In this document: piece after piece, positions 28,937 to 42,698 of the stretch
Layout: the number at the start of each line of letters is the position of its first letter
How positions within the stretch are numbered: position 1 is the stretch's first letter
NCBI GenBank assembly: GCA_951406725.2
Contig: OX597828.1
Location: 33,294,001-33,358,000 of the forward strand
Source of the DNA: Octopus vulgaris
Taxonomy: Eukaryota
Direction of reading: 5' to 3'
Length of the DNA: 64,000 bases
The notes under the pieces: model-generated
What the model saw: the letters and a program-made list of their open reading frames with translations, nothing else
What the model was told of the DNA's origin: nothing
Databases searched by the model: none
Program-made: the position numbers and the translations under genes

Positions 28937-29371
28937 AGGCGGAGAGATGGCAGAAACGTTAGCACGCTGGGTAAAATGCTTAGCGGTATTTCGTCTCTCT
29001 ATACACTCTGACTACAAATTCTGCTGAGGTCGACTTGGCCTTTCATCCTTTCGAGGCTGATAAATTAAGTACCAAAGCTTTGTGAGTGGATTTGGTAGAC
29101 GGAAACTGAAAGAAGACTGTCGTATATATGTATATATATATGCGTGTATGTGTTTGTGTGTCTGTATTTGTCCCCCTAGCATTGCTTGACAACCGATGCT
29201 GGTGTGTTTACGTCCCCGTTACTTAGCGGTTCGGCAAAAGAGACCGATAGAATAAGTACTGGGCTTACAAAAGAGTAAGTCCCGGGGTCGAGTTGCTCGA
29301 TTAAAGGCGGTGCTCCAGCATGGCCGCAGTCAAATGACTGAAACAAGTAAAAGTGTAAAAGAGAAAGAGTA
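28937..29371 (+). mobile_element. chimeric SINE: family A head fused to family B body and tail
   Basis: Family A sequence runs to ..taaattaagtACCA and continues as family B ACCAaagctttgtgagtggatttggtagacgg to the aaaagagaaagagta tail. Confidence 0.85.
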
Positions 29372-29745
29372 ATACACGCACATACACATGTATATATTAT
29401 AATTAAAGGAGCATTCAATACTTTTTCGAACGAAGAGTAGATTATTCGTTATATTTTATGAAGAAAACAAATTGACATTTTCTTCAAAGTTTCGACTTAC
29501 TTGCCGACATCAAACTAGGATTTAGTTTTGTTTATAATATATAATAATATTATATAATATTATATTATGCATATATATATATGTGTGTTAAATGAAATGA
29601 GACAGTATGCTCACATAAGACCTCCATCAGACACCTCACTTGTATTATTATCGAACGGAGAGTCTAACTATGGTCCGTCCGTAGCACTTGCATAGCCTTA
29701 GCTGCCATCTTGGGTCTTCTAGATACCGACACCTCTCATATATAC

Positions 29746-29808
<63 letters not shown>

Positions 29809-29836
29809 TATGTGAATGTGTGTGTGTGTGTATGTG

Positions 29837-29869
<33 letters not shown>

Positions 29870-29882
29870 TTGTGTGTATGTG

Positions 29883-29947
<65 letters not shown>

Positions 29948-31408
29948 TATTACATATGTTGGGTGGAGCATTGTCTATGAAAATTTAGTATAAATAAGTT
30001 TCGAAGTAAAAGAAGTGATTCTGTAGGAAATTGGGAAGTAGAAAGGGAAGTAAATGCCCGTAGAATGTGTGCAATTGTATAAAAGGTGACAGAGAGTCTC
30101 CTGACGAGATGTTCCGTGGTTTATCCACCGCTCTTCAGAGACTAGGTTCATTGCTTACTTCCACGACCAATTGCGTATGTCAGATGCTAAGTAAATCAGT
30201 TATGAATTAGTTTACAGTGTTGATTTTGTTGCAAGTATTCGGACAAAGACTTTGGTTTGTCATTAAAATCCAGAAACAATTTCCATAACCTCTACTATGT
30301 TTCGCTTTCTCTTATCCATATAAAAAGATTGACGGTCGATATTTACACATTAGAAAACATCGTTTAACCATGCATACAAATTATATATTTAACATTAAGT
30401 TAACCTTTTTAACACCATTCTCTCCGAGAACGTGCAAAATTAGGGGTCCTCGGGCGTTGTCCTCTCTCCTCTGAGAATAAATTAAGCTGTGATACATTTC
30501 CAAATTGAAGAAATGATAAAATTTAAAATTTTTGTATCCCCATTTGAATATTCTTAAACGTTTTACAGATATGCTAGTTGTTGAAAACAAACACATATTT
30601 GATTGTCAACGTTGAACAACTTTTGCAAGAACCTGATGAAAAGTGGCTTGTAATGAACGCAATCGTCAATACTTCATATAAGCTCAAGCAAACGAAAGTT
30701 ACGAGAGGATTACGAAATATTTCATCTGCACTGTTGAATTTCATTGCAGCTTTGTATATAATGGCTAATAAATACGGAACAATTAATTGTTAATGAACAG
30801 TAAATACCTTTGTGACGCAGTCAGATACTTCTAATTAATCTACACGTATTATTCATTACAACATCTTATTCCCTTAATGGAATATAATTTTGAGGATCTA
30901 AAACTAGATTTATGTCGGATATCAAATAAAGATTTCGTTATCAGTAATAATGACCAGAACTCTATAAGGAGACCAAGGTTGTTTTCTTCCTAAGAATAAG
31001 AATAAATATATTTATTCGTTACACACAATTAGGGCCGGCTGTTTGATCTTTTGAAATTAAATGTCTTCACAAATTGATGTTTAGGTACATGATTCACTTT
31101 GGAAGAGTGAACGACACAAGATATAAGATTTTCAAATGATATTAATGGTGAGTTGAAGATTTAATATCGCTTCAAAGTAGAAGCGAATCAAGGACGCAGT
31201 AGTTACGACGGAATCAAAATCATCGATCATGGAGCCCCACCGAAGAGCATGGACTCAAAACATTTCTACAAAATGAAATCAATAGAAAATAAATTTATTT
31301 GATATATGTGTGTAAGTGTATGTACATGCATCGATGTATCTAAATGTATATAAATAAGTGTACATATTCATACTCATATTTATGTATTTATGCATGTATG
31401 TATATATA

Positions 31409-31560
31409 TCTCTATATATAAAACTGAAATGCCTTTTTACCGCTTGGTTCGCTTTCAATGCCACTACATCCCGTCCGATTCGCTCCAAAATTTACAGGGA
31501 CATGTAGAATGAGGTGACGATGCGCGTGGGCTACATTACAAATCCCTATCTTAAATGGTG
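31409..31560 (+). mobile_element. Helitron-like 5' end (extent uncertain)
   Basis: A|TCTCTATATATAAAACTGAA resembles the 5' terminus of the Helitrons ending at 23878 and 33254. Confidence 0.45.
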
Positions 31561-31819
31561 TGGTTGCTAGGGGCCATCTTCCTACCTCACCCTATTTCCT
31601 CCAGTACTCTGTCACTCCTCTTCATTTATAACTTTCAGAATGCCACTACGGTTATTTAAAGTATCTGTCACTATCGCTATTTCCTTTCTTTTTCACTGAC
31701 TCTGTTTCCTACCTTCCTATCACTTCGGCGGCGTTCTTTGAAGTATATGTCTGTCACCAACAATCAACACACGAGCATGAGAACAAATATTATGAATCAG
31801 ATATTCTTGCGTTCATTTA

Positions 31820-32090
31820 TATGTGTGTGTGTGTGTGTGTTCTATATATATATGTATATATAATGTATGTGTGTGTGTGTTCTATATATAAATATGTATA
31901 TATAATGTATGTGTGTGTGTGTGTTCTATATATAAATATGTATATATAATGTATGTGTGTGTGTGTGTTCTATATATAAATATGTATATATAATGTATGT
32001 GTGTGTGTGTGTGTGTTCTATATATAAATATGTATATATAATGTATGTGTGTGTGTGTGTTCTATATATAAATATGTATATATAATGTAT
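31820..32090. repeat. minisatellite (~44-bp unit, ~6 copies) built from (TG)n/(TA)n
   Basis: Repeated (gt)n-ttctatatataaatatgtatatataatgtat. Confidence 0.9.
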
Positions 32091-32239
32091 ATATACAAAG
32101 TGTATATATCTGTATTTATGTATATTAAACTTTTTCATACTTTTTCATAGTTATATATATTTTTAAACAAATTATAAATATAATTTCATAATTTTTATTT
32201 TCAATTTAAATAATTTAAAGTTTTCAATTTTATATTTTA

Positions 32240-33254
32240 CTAGCAGTATCGCCCGGCGTTGCTCGGGTTTGTAAGGGAAATAACTATATAAGCATTTTTA
32301 GTGAGTTATAGCAAAAAAAATAGCAAAAAATGCATTAAAGATGGAATAAAAAATGATAGTAATTTCTTTTTTAAATCGTTGACTCATCGTAGACATTTTT
32401 ACAGAGTTACTTCCCTTATATAATAGCGAAAAATGCATTAAAATGGAATAAAAAAATGATGGTAATTTTTTTTTAATCGTTGACTCATCGTAGACATTTT
32501 TAGAGAGTTACTTCCCTTATATAATAGCGAAAAATGCATTAAAATGGAATAAAAAATGATGGTAAATTTTTTTAAATCGTAGACTCATCGTAGACGCGCG
32601 CTAATACCCAGAAGGGCTCGATATGAATCACGACTATAAGATACCCGGTTTTGGTTACACTGCACCGCAAAATGTGGGAGTAGTTAGGAATCTAAATCGT
32701 AGGAGACAGACACACAACCTTACTTTTATATATAAAGATTTGTGCAACAACTAAAACATTCGGTTGTGCAAATTGTTTGCACAGGAAACCTGCCCTGTGT
32801 GGCGGTTTTTGCCGTTTTTGTGGATCTGTTTCAGCTTTTTTAGCGATTTCTGTTTTGGCGACTTCAAGCCATGAAGTCGTTGTTCTAAAAGAACGCTGGT
32901 CTCCTTCACAACGCATTACGACGTTGATTTCCTTACACTCCCTTCCCCACAGCTTCACGAGGGAGGGAAGAAGGGGGAGAAGCAACACAGGTGCAGGCGT
33001 GAGCGTGGACGCCAACTCCGCCGCCATCGACACACGAAAAAATATGCATTAAAATGGAATAAAAAATTATGTTAAATTATTTTTAAAATCGTACACTCAT
33101 CGTAGACGCGCGCTAATACCCAGACGGGCTCGATATGAATCACGACTATAAGATACCCGAATTTGGTTAAACTGCACCGCAAAATTTGGGAGTAGTTAGG
33201 AATCTAAATCGAAGGGGACAGACACTCACACAACTACAGTTTTATATATATAGA
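32240..33254 (-). mobile_element. composite non-autonomous Helitron: two 5' ends, one 3' end, internal ~115-bp tandem repeats
   Basis: 5' TC termini at 33254 and 32738; hairpin plus CTAG 3' end at 32240; homologous to 23576-23878. Confidence 0.85.
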
Positions 33255-33395
33255 TATATTTTCTATGTTATATTTTCTTTTTTTATGTTTTTGTTTTTGG
33301 TTTTTCACTGTTTGATTTGCCTATTAGTGGTTTTATCTCTAATTTAATTTATATAGATATATATCTCATTTGTATACATTTGTATATATAATGCG

Positions 33396-33439
<44 letters not shown>

Positions 33440-34263
33440 CACATATATATATGTGTGCATTACGTAGTCGGTCGATTCACCTGAAAATATGCACACCTAT
33501 GTTAAAGGTGCTGACAAGTTTGCATCACAACTATTTTGTTCCTCAAATGAAAGGCGTCACCTCTAGGACAAAATTCCTCATCTTATAAAATGTGGCCCCA
33601 GTACACCCGAATGAAATCGGGTTATATTAACCAAAATGTGAAAAGGGGTCTAAATGGGGCTGGAAGGGGATTAAAATTTCAAAGAGCGGATGTTTAGGAA
33701 TTCTCTGTTGCATCAAGCTAAAAAATTTGCGCCAGCCTTTTAATCGTCAATGTGTTGCCGTCCATGATAAAGAAGTTTTGAATGCTTGCCATGGTGAGTC
33801 TACTGTCGTGAGAAAGAATCACTTCAAAAATTGGTGTTTACGAATTTTCTTTTACATCAAGTTCAAAATTTTACGCCAGCCGTTAAACTGTCACTACGTT
33901 GCTGTCCGTCGTTAACAAATGCCAGCCATGGTGACTCTACTATCCTCAGATTCTATCCCTTCAAACTTTGGTTTCCAATATTTTATTATTTTTATTCAGC
34001 TCGCAAGTTCGTCTGTCCCTTTTGAATGTTAGCGTTTTGCTGTCTGCCTTGAAGCAGACCTTTCCATTGCCACTGCCTCATATTTCTGATTGATCTTTCT
34101 AAATATTTTATTTCTCAACTTACTCAAGATCTTCTGTTGTTTATAAATGGGAGAGAGATAGATAAAGATAGAGAGTAAGAGAAAGCGAGGGAGAGTCAGA
34201 GAGAAAAGAAAAGTAAGAGAGTGGGAAAGTGAGAGAGAAAGGAGAGAGAAACAAATACGGAGA

Positions 34264-34575
34264 ATCATCATCATCATCATCGTTTAACGTCCGTTTTCCG
34301 TGCTAGCACGGGTTGGGCAGTGTGACCGGGTCTCGGAAGCCAGGAGGCTGCACCAGGCTCCAGTCTGATCTGGCAGTGTTTCTACAGGTGGATGACCTTC
34401 CTAACGCCAACCACACTATGAGTGTAGTGAGTGCTTTTTTCGTGCCGACGGCACTGGTGCCAGGGGGGCTCGCAGTGGCAACGATCGGTTGGTGCTTTTT
34501 ACGTGCCACCAGCACAGAAGCAAGTCAAGGCGGTGCTGCAATCGGCCACGTTCGGATGGTGCTTTTTACGTGCTG
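34264..34575 (-). mobile_element. SINE or RTE-related repeat 3' portion with (TGA)n tail
   Basis: Minus strand has ggttggcgttaggaagg.catccacctgtagaaac and ends cgtgctagcacggaaaacggacgttaaacga(tga)n. Confidence 0.7.
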
Positions 34576-35374
34576 AAAGGAAGCAACAGAAAGTAACACC
34601 CACACTCTTACCCGCGCGTAGAGCGGGTCACCTTCAGCTAGTATATATATATATATATATCAATAGATCGATAAATTGATGTGTGTATGTGTGTTTATGT
34701 ATGCAGAGAGAGAGATAGCGAGAGAGTGAGAGAAAGAAAGAAAGAAAGAAAGAAGGAAAGAGAAGTTGAGTGAGAGACGTAAGCATACACATGTGAGTTA
34801 TTGATTAAGTGGTGGTGCTGTGGTTTTGTATCTGGTGTTGCTTATACACAGAATTGTGATATAAAGGAAGATAGCATCCATAATTTCATCACCCAATGTG
34901 TCCGTGCTCTGCTATGACGTTAGGTTGTTGTTTGCGAATAACATTGCACTACCCGCTTGCAATTCGAGTGCCCCCGATGCTATTTGCCTTGATTCTTGGA
35001 GTGACAGGATTGAAATACGAAAAATAATATTGAAATGTTTGTCTAGTTCCGTTCAGACCTTCTAAGACGTCCTTCAAATTCCCCATTATAATTTAAGGTG
35101 TCTGATGCATTGTATGCGCAACCATATAGTTACTAGATTTATATGTACTACTATTATATCACAAATCGAGTTTCAGCTTGACAACAGGAGTGCAGACATG
35201 ACATCTCCACAGATGAATATAACAACTCCGCTGTGGCTTCTCAGTTTCTTGTTGCACGGAAACTGTGCCCTCGGTGTCTCCTACATTTACTCCTTGATAC
35301 GTTTCTATAAGTTCCTTGCATAGTGTTCGATTTCATACTTCAAGATATATCAGTAAAGCTATGCAATTCTGTTA

Positions 35375-35835
35375 AGTTTTCTTCAGCATTAAAAAATTCC
35401 AAACTAAGGGTAGACGCCACTTAGCGTAAAGGACTACGAAGAAGTAGATATTAAGATGAAATGAATAAATTTATTTTAGATTTGAAAGCAATCAGGTCGT
35501 ACGAAGGAGTAAAAGAGGGAGCTGGAAGAGAATTACAAAGTCTGGCAGTTCGGTGAGAAATGAAACGACCGTTGAAAGACTTCTAAGACTTCCTTATTCG
35601 GAGAAGGACAATCGTATTTGGATGAAGGCGTTCAGATGGAACGAAGTGAAGAGGAACTAAGACAGGAAATTTATCCGAGCACATCCTGTAGTAATAACAA
35701 TAAAAAAGAGAAAGACTGGCGACGTTACGACGATATGACAATGATTGCAGAGCGAAAAGCAAGAGAGGGACCAATCAAATTAGAGACGCGCTTCTGAACA
35801 GAGTCAAGGAGATCCGAGTGACAAGATTGTTCACT
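35375..35835 (-). mobile_element. old CR1/Jockey-group LINE 3' fragment
   Basis: LQSLSYRRNVASLSLFYCYY..CSD and RTARLCNSLP..SYDLIAFKSKIN are typical ORF2 C-terminal motifs of this group. Confidence 0.75.
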
Positions 35836-35895
35836 TTCCTAGGTATGACAATAGTAACAGGTCTTTGCTGTTCAGCAGCAATATTAGTGAGATCA

Positions 35896-36272
35896 GGGCG
35901 GTGAGCTGGCAGAAATGCTTAGCGATATTTCGTCTGCCGTTACGTTCTGAGTTCAAATTCCGCCGAAGTCGACTTTGCCTTTCATCCTTTGGGGGTCGAT
36001 TAAATAAGTACCAGTTACGCACTGGCGTCGATATAATCGACTTAATCCGTTTGTCTGTCATTGTTTGCCTTTTTTTTTTTTTGCCCCTTGTGGGTAGTAA
36101 AGAAATAGGTATTTCCTCTGCCGTTACGTTCTGAATTCAAATTCCTCCGAGGTCGACTTTACCTTTCATCCTTTCGGGGTCGATAAATTAACTACCAGTT
36201 GCGTACAGGAGTCGATTTAATCGACTGGCCACGTCCCCAGAAATTTTCGGGCCTTGTGCCTAGAGTAGAAAA
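35896..36272 (+). mobile_element. SINE family A with duplicated body; further diverged copies at ~36295-36480 (+) and ~36795-37010 (-)
   Basis: Same head and doubled core as 8244-8660. Confidence 0.88.
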
Positions 36273-37616
36273 GAATATTATTGAGAACATTTTAAGGCGG
36301 CCAGTCGGAAGAATGTTTACCGCCCCAGACAAAATGTTTAGCGGCATTTCTTCTGACTTTCAAATGCCGCCGGGTTTCGAATTTGCTTTTCATTCATTTG
36401 GGAGTCGATAAAATAAGTACCAGTTGCATAATGAGGTCAATGAAATCGACTTACGACCTCCTACGAGATTGCTGGCTTTATGCCATTTAATAAATTATTA
36501 CCGGGATATTTAGGTACAGATCAGTAATGCCATAATTGAGTTATTAAATGTAACAGCTTTCTCTGTAGAAGTCTCCGCTTTTCCTTTGAATCTGTTCCAT
36601 ACTCGTTAACTGATATGCCAAGAGCTATTGCTCAACAGTCGCATATCGCGTGAATGCAAGTGACCAGGCGTTTCTTCTTTGAGCTTCCATATTTTACTGA
36701 TGATGTTTTGCGTGAAACAGGTTTCCTTGCGATGTGATTTACTTCACATTTGTTACTTTTGTCGGGATTAGTGAAAACATTTAGCAAACATTGATTTCTC
36801 ATTTTGGCACAAGGCCAGCAATTTGTGGGTGGGGGTTAGGTCGATTGTATCAACCACAGTTATATCAACTGGCATTTATTTCAACAATCCCAGAAGGATG
36901 TAAAAAAAAAACAATCGATTTTCGGCGAAATTTGAGCTCAGAACGAAAAAGACGGGCGAAATACCGGTCAGCTTTTTTGCCCAATATAGTAACGATTCTT
37001 CCAGCTCGACGCCAAATTTAGTAAATAATGACATGGCCTGCATTGGTTGAAGCCACAGCAGCAGCAGCACTATATCGTGTTCTCCGCATTCCAGCAAGAC
37101 CCGTTTACATAAATCTTACGTGCAATTTGGAGTCCATGATGAGTGGTTCACGTTTTTGGACCTTCATCAGAAACTTGACTTCAAATTGTTTGATCTCCAG
37201 CATGCATACATACATATGTGTGTGTGTACCTGTCTCTCTCTCTCTCACTCTCTCTCTCTCTCCCTCTCTCCTCCTTTCTCTCTGTATATATACATATAAC
37301 ATATATATATACCTGTATCTATGTATATGACTGCAGTGTTGCATTTACTGGCGTTGAGGCGAGTCATACTCGTCTTCTATTTCTTGGCATCTGCCTCATT
37401 AACGACGCCAAATCACCTTTCCTCTCGACACAAATCTGTGAGTGTGTGTATATCTGTGTGTGTGTGTTCATGAGTTTAATATCCTAACTCCCATGTTTAC
37501 GTACATATTCATAAAGAGAAATTCACACGCTGATACATTCATATACACATGTGTGTGTGTGTGTGTGATTCTGTGTATGCGTGTATGTGTGTGTGTCGTA
37601 CGTGTGTGTGTGTCGT

Positions 37617-37659
<43 letters not shown>

Positions 37660-37851
37660 TGTGCGCGCATACATAAATAGGAACAATTTATATTTGCTTT
37701 AAGGATACATTAGCGTGCCAAAATGGATTTATTTTCATTTTCACTTTCGCTTTTGTAATTCGTGTTTTCCTATTCATTCAACAAATTTATAAATACATAT
37801 ATTTTCACACACACACACGTATATGCACACACACACGTATATACACACACG

Positions 37852-37902
<51 letters not shown>

Positions 37903-38118
37903 GTATGTGGTATGCATATGGTATGCATATATATACATAAGTATATATACATATATACATATGCATACATATATATATGTGTGTATGTATATATATAAAT
38001 ACATACATATATATATATATATGTGTGTGTGCGTGTGTGTGTATGATTGTACAAATATATATATATACATTTGTACAATCTTTATATATATATATATATA
38101 TTGTATGTATACACACAT

Positions 38119-38185
<67 letters not shown>

Positions 38186-38772
38186 TATACCTAATATCTC
38201 GTCACTAATCCTTAGCTTTACAGAAAGCAACAACAAAAACAACAAAAGCCAGGGCCATTATAATAAGCACATACATAGCAACTGAATATTCCCTGCAATA
38301 AAATACGAGAAAATATATAGCAACGCCACCTACTGGCTAAAAGGCAAAATTTCTGTAAATCTCTTCAATTTCTATTATTTTATCCATCCTTTCCTAAATA
38401 TTTTATTACTTACATCATTCCCACTGCCAGCGGAAATATTTGTAGAGTTATTGGCACTCTAGAATGCTGAAGTAGGATTTTCACCAGATTTTTGGTTTTG
38501 TTTGGTTTGGTTTTGTTTTGTTTTTGGTATTTATTTATTTATTTATTGTTTGTTTGTTTGTGTTTTTTGTTTTGTTATTTGTTGCTTTTTGTTGGGTATT
38601 TTTTTTTTTTTTTTTTTGCGTTTTGTCGGATTTCAGAGATTGCCAATTGACAGTCAACGGACAGGAAAGAAATCATTTCAATATGCGTCAATGACAAATA
38701 AGTCGAAAATCGAATTGTGGGAAGGCAAATGGCGGAATTGGTGAAAGGCGGGAGACTAAGAGGGTGTGAGTG

Positions 38773-38814
<42 letters not shown>

Positions 38815-38855
38815 GACAGAGAATACAAAGAGAGACAAAGGGGTAAAAAAAGAAA

Positions 38856-39368
<513 letters not shown>

Positions 39369-39796
39369 GTGTAGAGAGAGGTGGGGTTATGTCTTGGTAG
39401 TTTGGTTAAAAGTATGAATGTATGGTCATGTGTGTGAAAATTTATAGATACGTACATGTATGGCTGTGTGCATATACGCGTGTATACGATGTTATATATA
39501 TCAGCCTTTCCAATAAGTAACACAACATTTAATATAAAATTAATATTCGCATACTACATGGAAGTATATATGTATATGTATACAAAAATATATATAAAAA
39601 AAAAAAAAATATATATATATATATACATATTTAGTAACACGCATATATGTTATGAATATTTAGATATGGATGTGTGTATTTATGCATATGTACATTTAAC
39701 CGATGTTAGAGATACGTTAATCTTTATACTAAGTAAGCTATTTAAACATTGTATCTACGTGCAAACACTTATATACAATGTATGTTTATACATACA

Positions 39797-39866
<70 letters not shown>

Positions 39867-39919
39867 TGGATGGATGTATATATGTATAAATATAACTAAG
39901 ATATATAAATATATGTCTG

Positions 39920-39962
<43 letters not shown>

Positions 39963-40068
39963 ATGTGTGTCTGTGTGTTTAATATGAACGCGGCATTATG
40001 TTTGTATGTACATATGTTGCTTGTATGTTTGTGTGTGTAGTTCTATCGATATATTTGTGTGTATAAAT

Positions 40069-40107
<39 letters not shown>

Positions 40108-40170
40108 TATCAACGCATACATATATACATACATATACACATATACATATCCACATACATATACATGTTA

Positions 40171-40232
<62 letters not shown>

Positions 40233-41377
40233 TTATTTATACATATATATGTGTTTTTGTGTGTATTTATGAGAGTATACATGTATAGATATGTGCGTGT
40301 GTGTGCATGTATGTGTTTACACGTGTGTATGGGTGTGTACGCGTGCATGTTTGTGTGTGTGTTTGTGCGCCTATGTACTTGTGTGTGCGTGTGTGTGTTA
40401 CGTGTAAGGAGGTGAGGAGTATCAGCGATATAAATTGGGTCGCTCTGAGAGCAAAATAGGGAAATAGGACGGTTTCATAAATTGATAAACGGATAAACGT
40501 AGATTGATTGATGTTCGTAATGCAAGATACAGAGAAAATGAAATGGTTTCATGGATAGATCTATAGACAAAGGGAGGAAAGAAGGGGATGGATGATTATA
40601 TCGATGGTTGATTACATTACTGTATGTATATATAGGCGTATGTGCAAGCGAATATTTATAGGCTGGTCTGTGTGTAGAGGCAAACGGGGAAATGCTAATA
40701 CGTGATAAAGTGTAAACATTAATTCCCTTGTACTTGTTTTAATCATTGGATGGTGGTCAAGAGTTTAGTCGAACAAATCGGACCCAGTAAGTCAGTCAGT
40801 ATATATTTGTTTGCAGTTTGGAAGTTATTCTATCCTAACTTTTTTTCCGAACCGCTCAGGTGAGAGGGATGTAAAGGAAGCAACACCGGTTGTCAAAGTG
40901 TTATGTCGCACGTTCGGATGACTTCTACTCTACTCCACTCTACTCTCACCGCTACTCTTTGACATCTAGCCTTCTTCAACGTCTGGGGGCGTCCACACAA
41001 CACAAAGAGACAGAAATACACTTCCACACCATGCACACAGGTTTGTGTTTCTATGTGTAAATATACATTTATCTATTTATATGAATATAAATGCATATGT
41101 GTGTGTGTGTGTGTGTATATATGTATAAAAAAATTAGATATATATACATGCGTATATACATACGTATATGTACATACCTACATATATATATATATATACA
41201 TGCATATATGGGTACAGGACGTCAAAAAATCGTGAACAAAATGAGAGACGACAACATAAAAAGCAAAAACATAGAAAACGAACTTTTTTTTCGAACAACG
41301 AAAGAAACAAATAGAGAAACGAGACATGCAACATAAAGAACATTCCCTTCATCAGTTCTCCGCTGTTTTATCTACTC

Positions 41378-41427
<50 letters not shown>

Positions 41428-41431
<4 letters not shown>

Positions 41432-42685
41432 ACGAAACGGACTGGAATCGCCCGCCGTCGTCGCTCGTCCCGAACTGCTCACACAGGTTCCGCCACGGAA
41501 CCCAAAGAGGCGGAGAGAGGAGAGATACAGATAGATACTGCCACAACCTCAACAGCACAGAGATACAGAGGCACAACCCGAGATACAGCCCAAAGAGGCA
41601 GGGCAACAACTGGCAACACTGGCTTATATTCAAACAACAGTTTATACGACAATTACAATTGCTACACATCAAATACATTTAAGGCAGACATTTAAAGGAG
41701 GACATGCAAGTGACTACTCAATACATCATACAACAGATCAAAGCATAATACAACAGCATGCAACAATATAACAGTCCGGAGACACAACAAGTCATATACA
41801 GTATTTCAAAGGTACGCGTCCGAAGACAACAGTTCTTTAAAGTCTCTTTTTCTAAACATCACAATCAACAAGTCCTTTACTCTTCAATTCACAATGTTCT
41901 TTATCGACTACATCGACAGAGTCCTTCTTTTTCTCTCTTCTTTTCTTTTATATCGTGACACATATCAATACACAATCAATACAATTAAATACCTTATTCC
42001 TAATTGAATCTGCCAGTGTCCCATTCCTCTCATCTCTGAATACTGCCAAATCCTCTGAATACTCTGCTAATTCCCCTCTGCGCATATTCCAATCGCTTGC
42101 TCCTAGGCCTCCTCGCATCCCAGCTCGCTCCCAGGAATTCCAACGCTTGCTCCTTAAATCCAAGGTTCCATCCACTCGCTCTGACCTCCAGAGTCCGTCT
42201 GTGTTCTTCGACGACCGCTCAACGACTGCCCAGAACCTCACTTCCTTGTCCTGACTTCCACTCCCTCATCTCCCTCTGTCTATATCGCTCCTACCCTTTC
42301 TAACTGCTCTCTGATTCCTTACTCTATCTATATCGCCTCAATCCCTTAGCCTCTCTATCTGTCCCTTACTGCTTATCCTTTCTATTTGCCCTCTGCTCTT
42401 ACTCTATCGCTATCGCCTGCCAGACTCTTAGCCTCTCCATCCGTCCCTTACTGCTTATACTCTATCTCTATTTGCTCTCAGCCCTTAATCTGTCCCTTTT
42501 CTTTCACATTCTCCTGACCCTCTTCTCAGCCGCACGAGGTCACAGGTCATTCCAAAACCCATTAGTCCTCCATTAGACAAAAGACTGTCACATTTTCACC
42601 AGACATACTGGAACCATATCCACGATGTGGGTCACCAGAAACACTACACTAATTAAACCCGAAATGCACTTAGCCAACCGTAACA
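41428..42685 (-). repeat. 3' LTR
   Basis: Near-identical to 44670-45902 apart from scattered substitutions and small indels (largest ~18 bp, near 42041-42060). Confidence 0.95.
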
Positions 42686-42698
42686 CTACCCCCTACCT
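42686..42698 (-). other. polypurine tract
   Basis: Minus strand AGGTAGGGGGTAG immediately before the 3' LTR. Confidence 0.85.

Noticed and set aside
38600-38750. Splice-acceptor-like TTTCAG followed by unique sequence (similar case near 11090)
   Set aside because: No strong donor or recognisable coding content; T-rich tracts are ubiquitous in this window.
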